From a virus (Duplodnaviria > Caudoviricetes), in the IMG/VR virus record IMGVR_UViG_2839589109_000007, positions 3,871 to 67,870 of that record: a stretch of DNA of 64,000 nt, one strand, 5' to 3'. Within the stretch, counting starts at the first letter, position 1. The number at the start of each line of letters is the position of its first letter. A program made the position numbers and the translations under genes. The notes beneath the pieces are model-generated. The model was not told the origin of the DNA. It ran no database searches and saw only the letters and a list, made by a program, of their open reading frames with translations. This document shows positions 63,719-64,000 of the stretch, piece after piece.

Positions 63719-64000
63719 TTACTTTTTAATCATCTCTATATAATTCAACGGTTTTGCCAGAACCTGGATACCATCAGCACTACCGGTTTCAAAAATAGAC
63801 TTCCAATAGTCATAGTTTCTTTTTCCAGAGAAAACCGTAGTAGCCATAGATCGATCTTTCCAAAGTGGCAACTGGCTCAGATTAACAACGAAGTTTTCAA
63901 TATTTATCCATAACTGGTCATCAAACTGAGTCTGGAAGATTTTATTATCATCAAGCATTTTTCCCATATTGTAGAAATAGGCAGAAATCACCCGCTTCAA
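63719..64000 (-). CDS. C-terminal fragment of a hypothetical protein (runs off window)
   Basis: Open frame to window edge; AT-rich. Confidence 0.55.
   Translation of the reverse strand: MKRVISAYFYNMGKMLDDNKIFQTQFDDQLWINIENFVVNLSQLPLWKDRSMATTVFSGKRNYDYWKSIFETGSADGIQVLAKPLNYIEMIKK

Larger units (their letters stand above)
23003..64000. mobile_element. Prophage B: lambda-like cos siphovirus with large serine recombinase; right end (attR) not seen in window
   Basis: Serine integrase, second CI/Cro pair, own replication, lysis, GpA terminase, lambda-type portal/ClpP/decoration/capsid, tail tube, tape measure, tail tip; AT-rich cargo after 60613 assumed to belong to it. Confidence 0.85.

Overview
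The window is all prophage DNA, probably from a gammaproteobacterium, with no host housekeeping, rRNA, tRNA or CRISPR features seen. It holds two unrelated temperate phages, one apparently nested in the other. Prophage A (left end outside the window, to about 23002) has a lambdoid early region: ssb, YqaJ exonuclease, ERF, RusA, CI-like repressor, O/P-like replication genes and a C5 methyltransferase. These are followed by an M15 endolysin/3TM holin cassette and a podovirus-type head-tail module. Its tail gene at 22073 stops abruptly at about 23002, where GC falls and an att-like inverted repeat and a large serine recombinase begin prophage B. Prophage B (about 23003 to beyond 64000) encodes an SF2 helicase, Cas4-like nuclease, AAA recombinase, CI/Cro, primase-polymerase-helicase, RuvC-like resolvase, amidase/holin, ParB plus an ABC-ATPase-GNAT fusion, a lambda-like cos/terminase/head and a siphovirus tail. 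AT-rich cargo follows, including a GHKL-ATPase/PD-(D/E)XK nuclease. Best leads: (1) a phage integrated in another phage's tail gene, so that excision would be needed to rebuild it; (2) the ParB + ABC-GNAT (Mom-like) candidate DNA-modification pair; (3) the GHKL-nuclease defence candidate; (4) RCACRGAG-unit palindromes in the late operon of A; (5) both repressors appear to lack the self-cleavage lysine. All product calls come from motif recognition by eye, not database searches.
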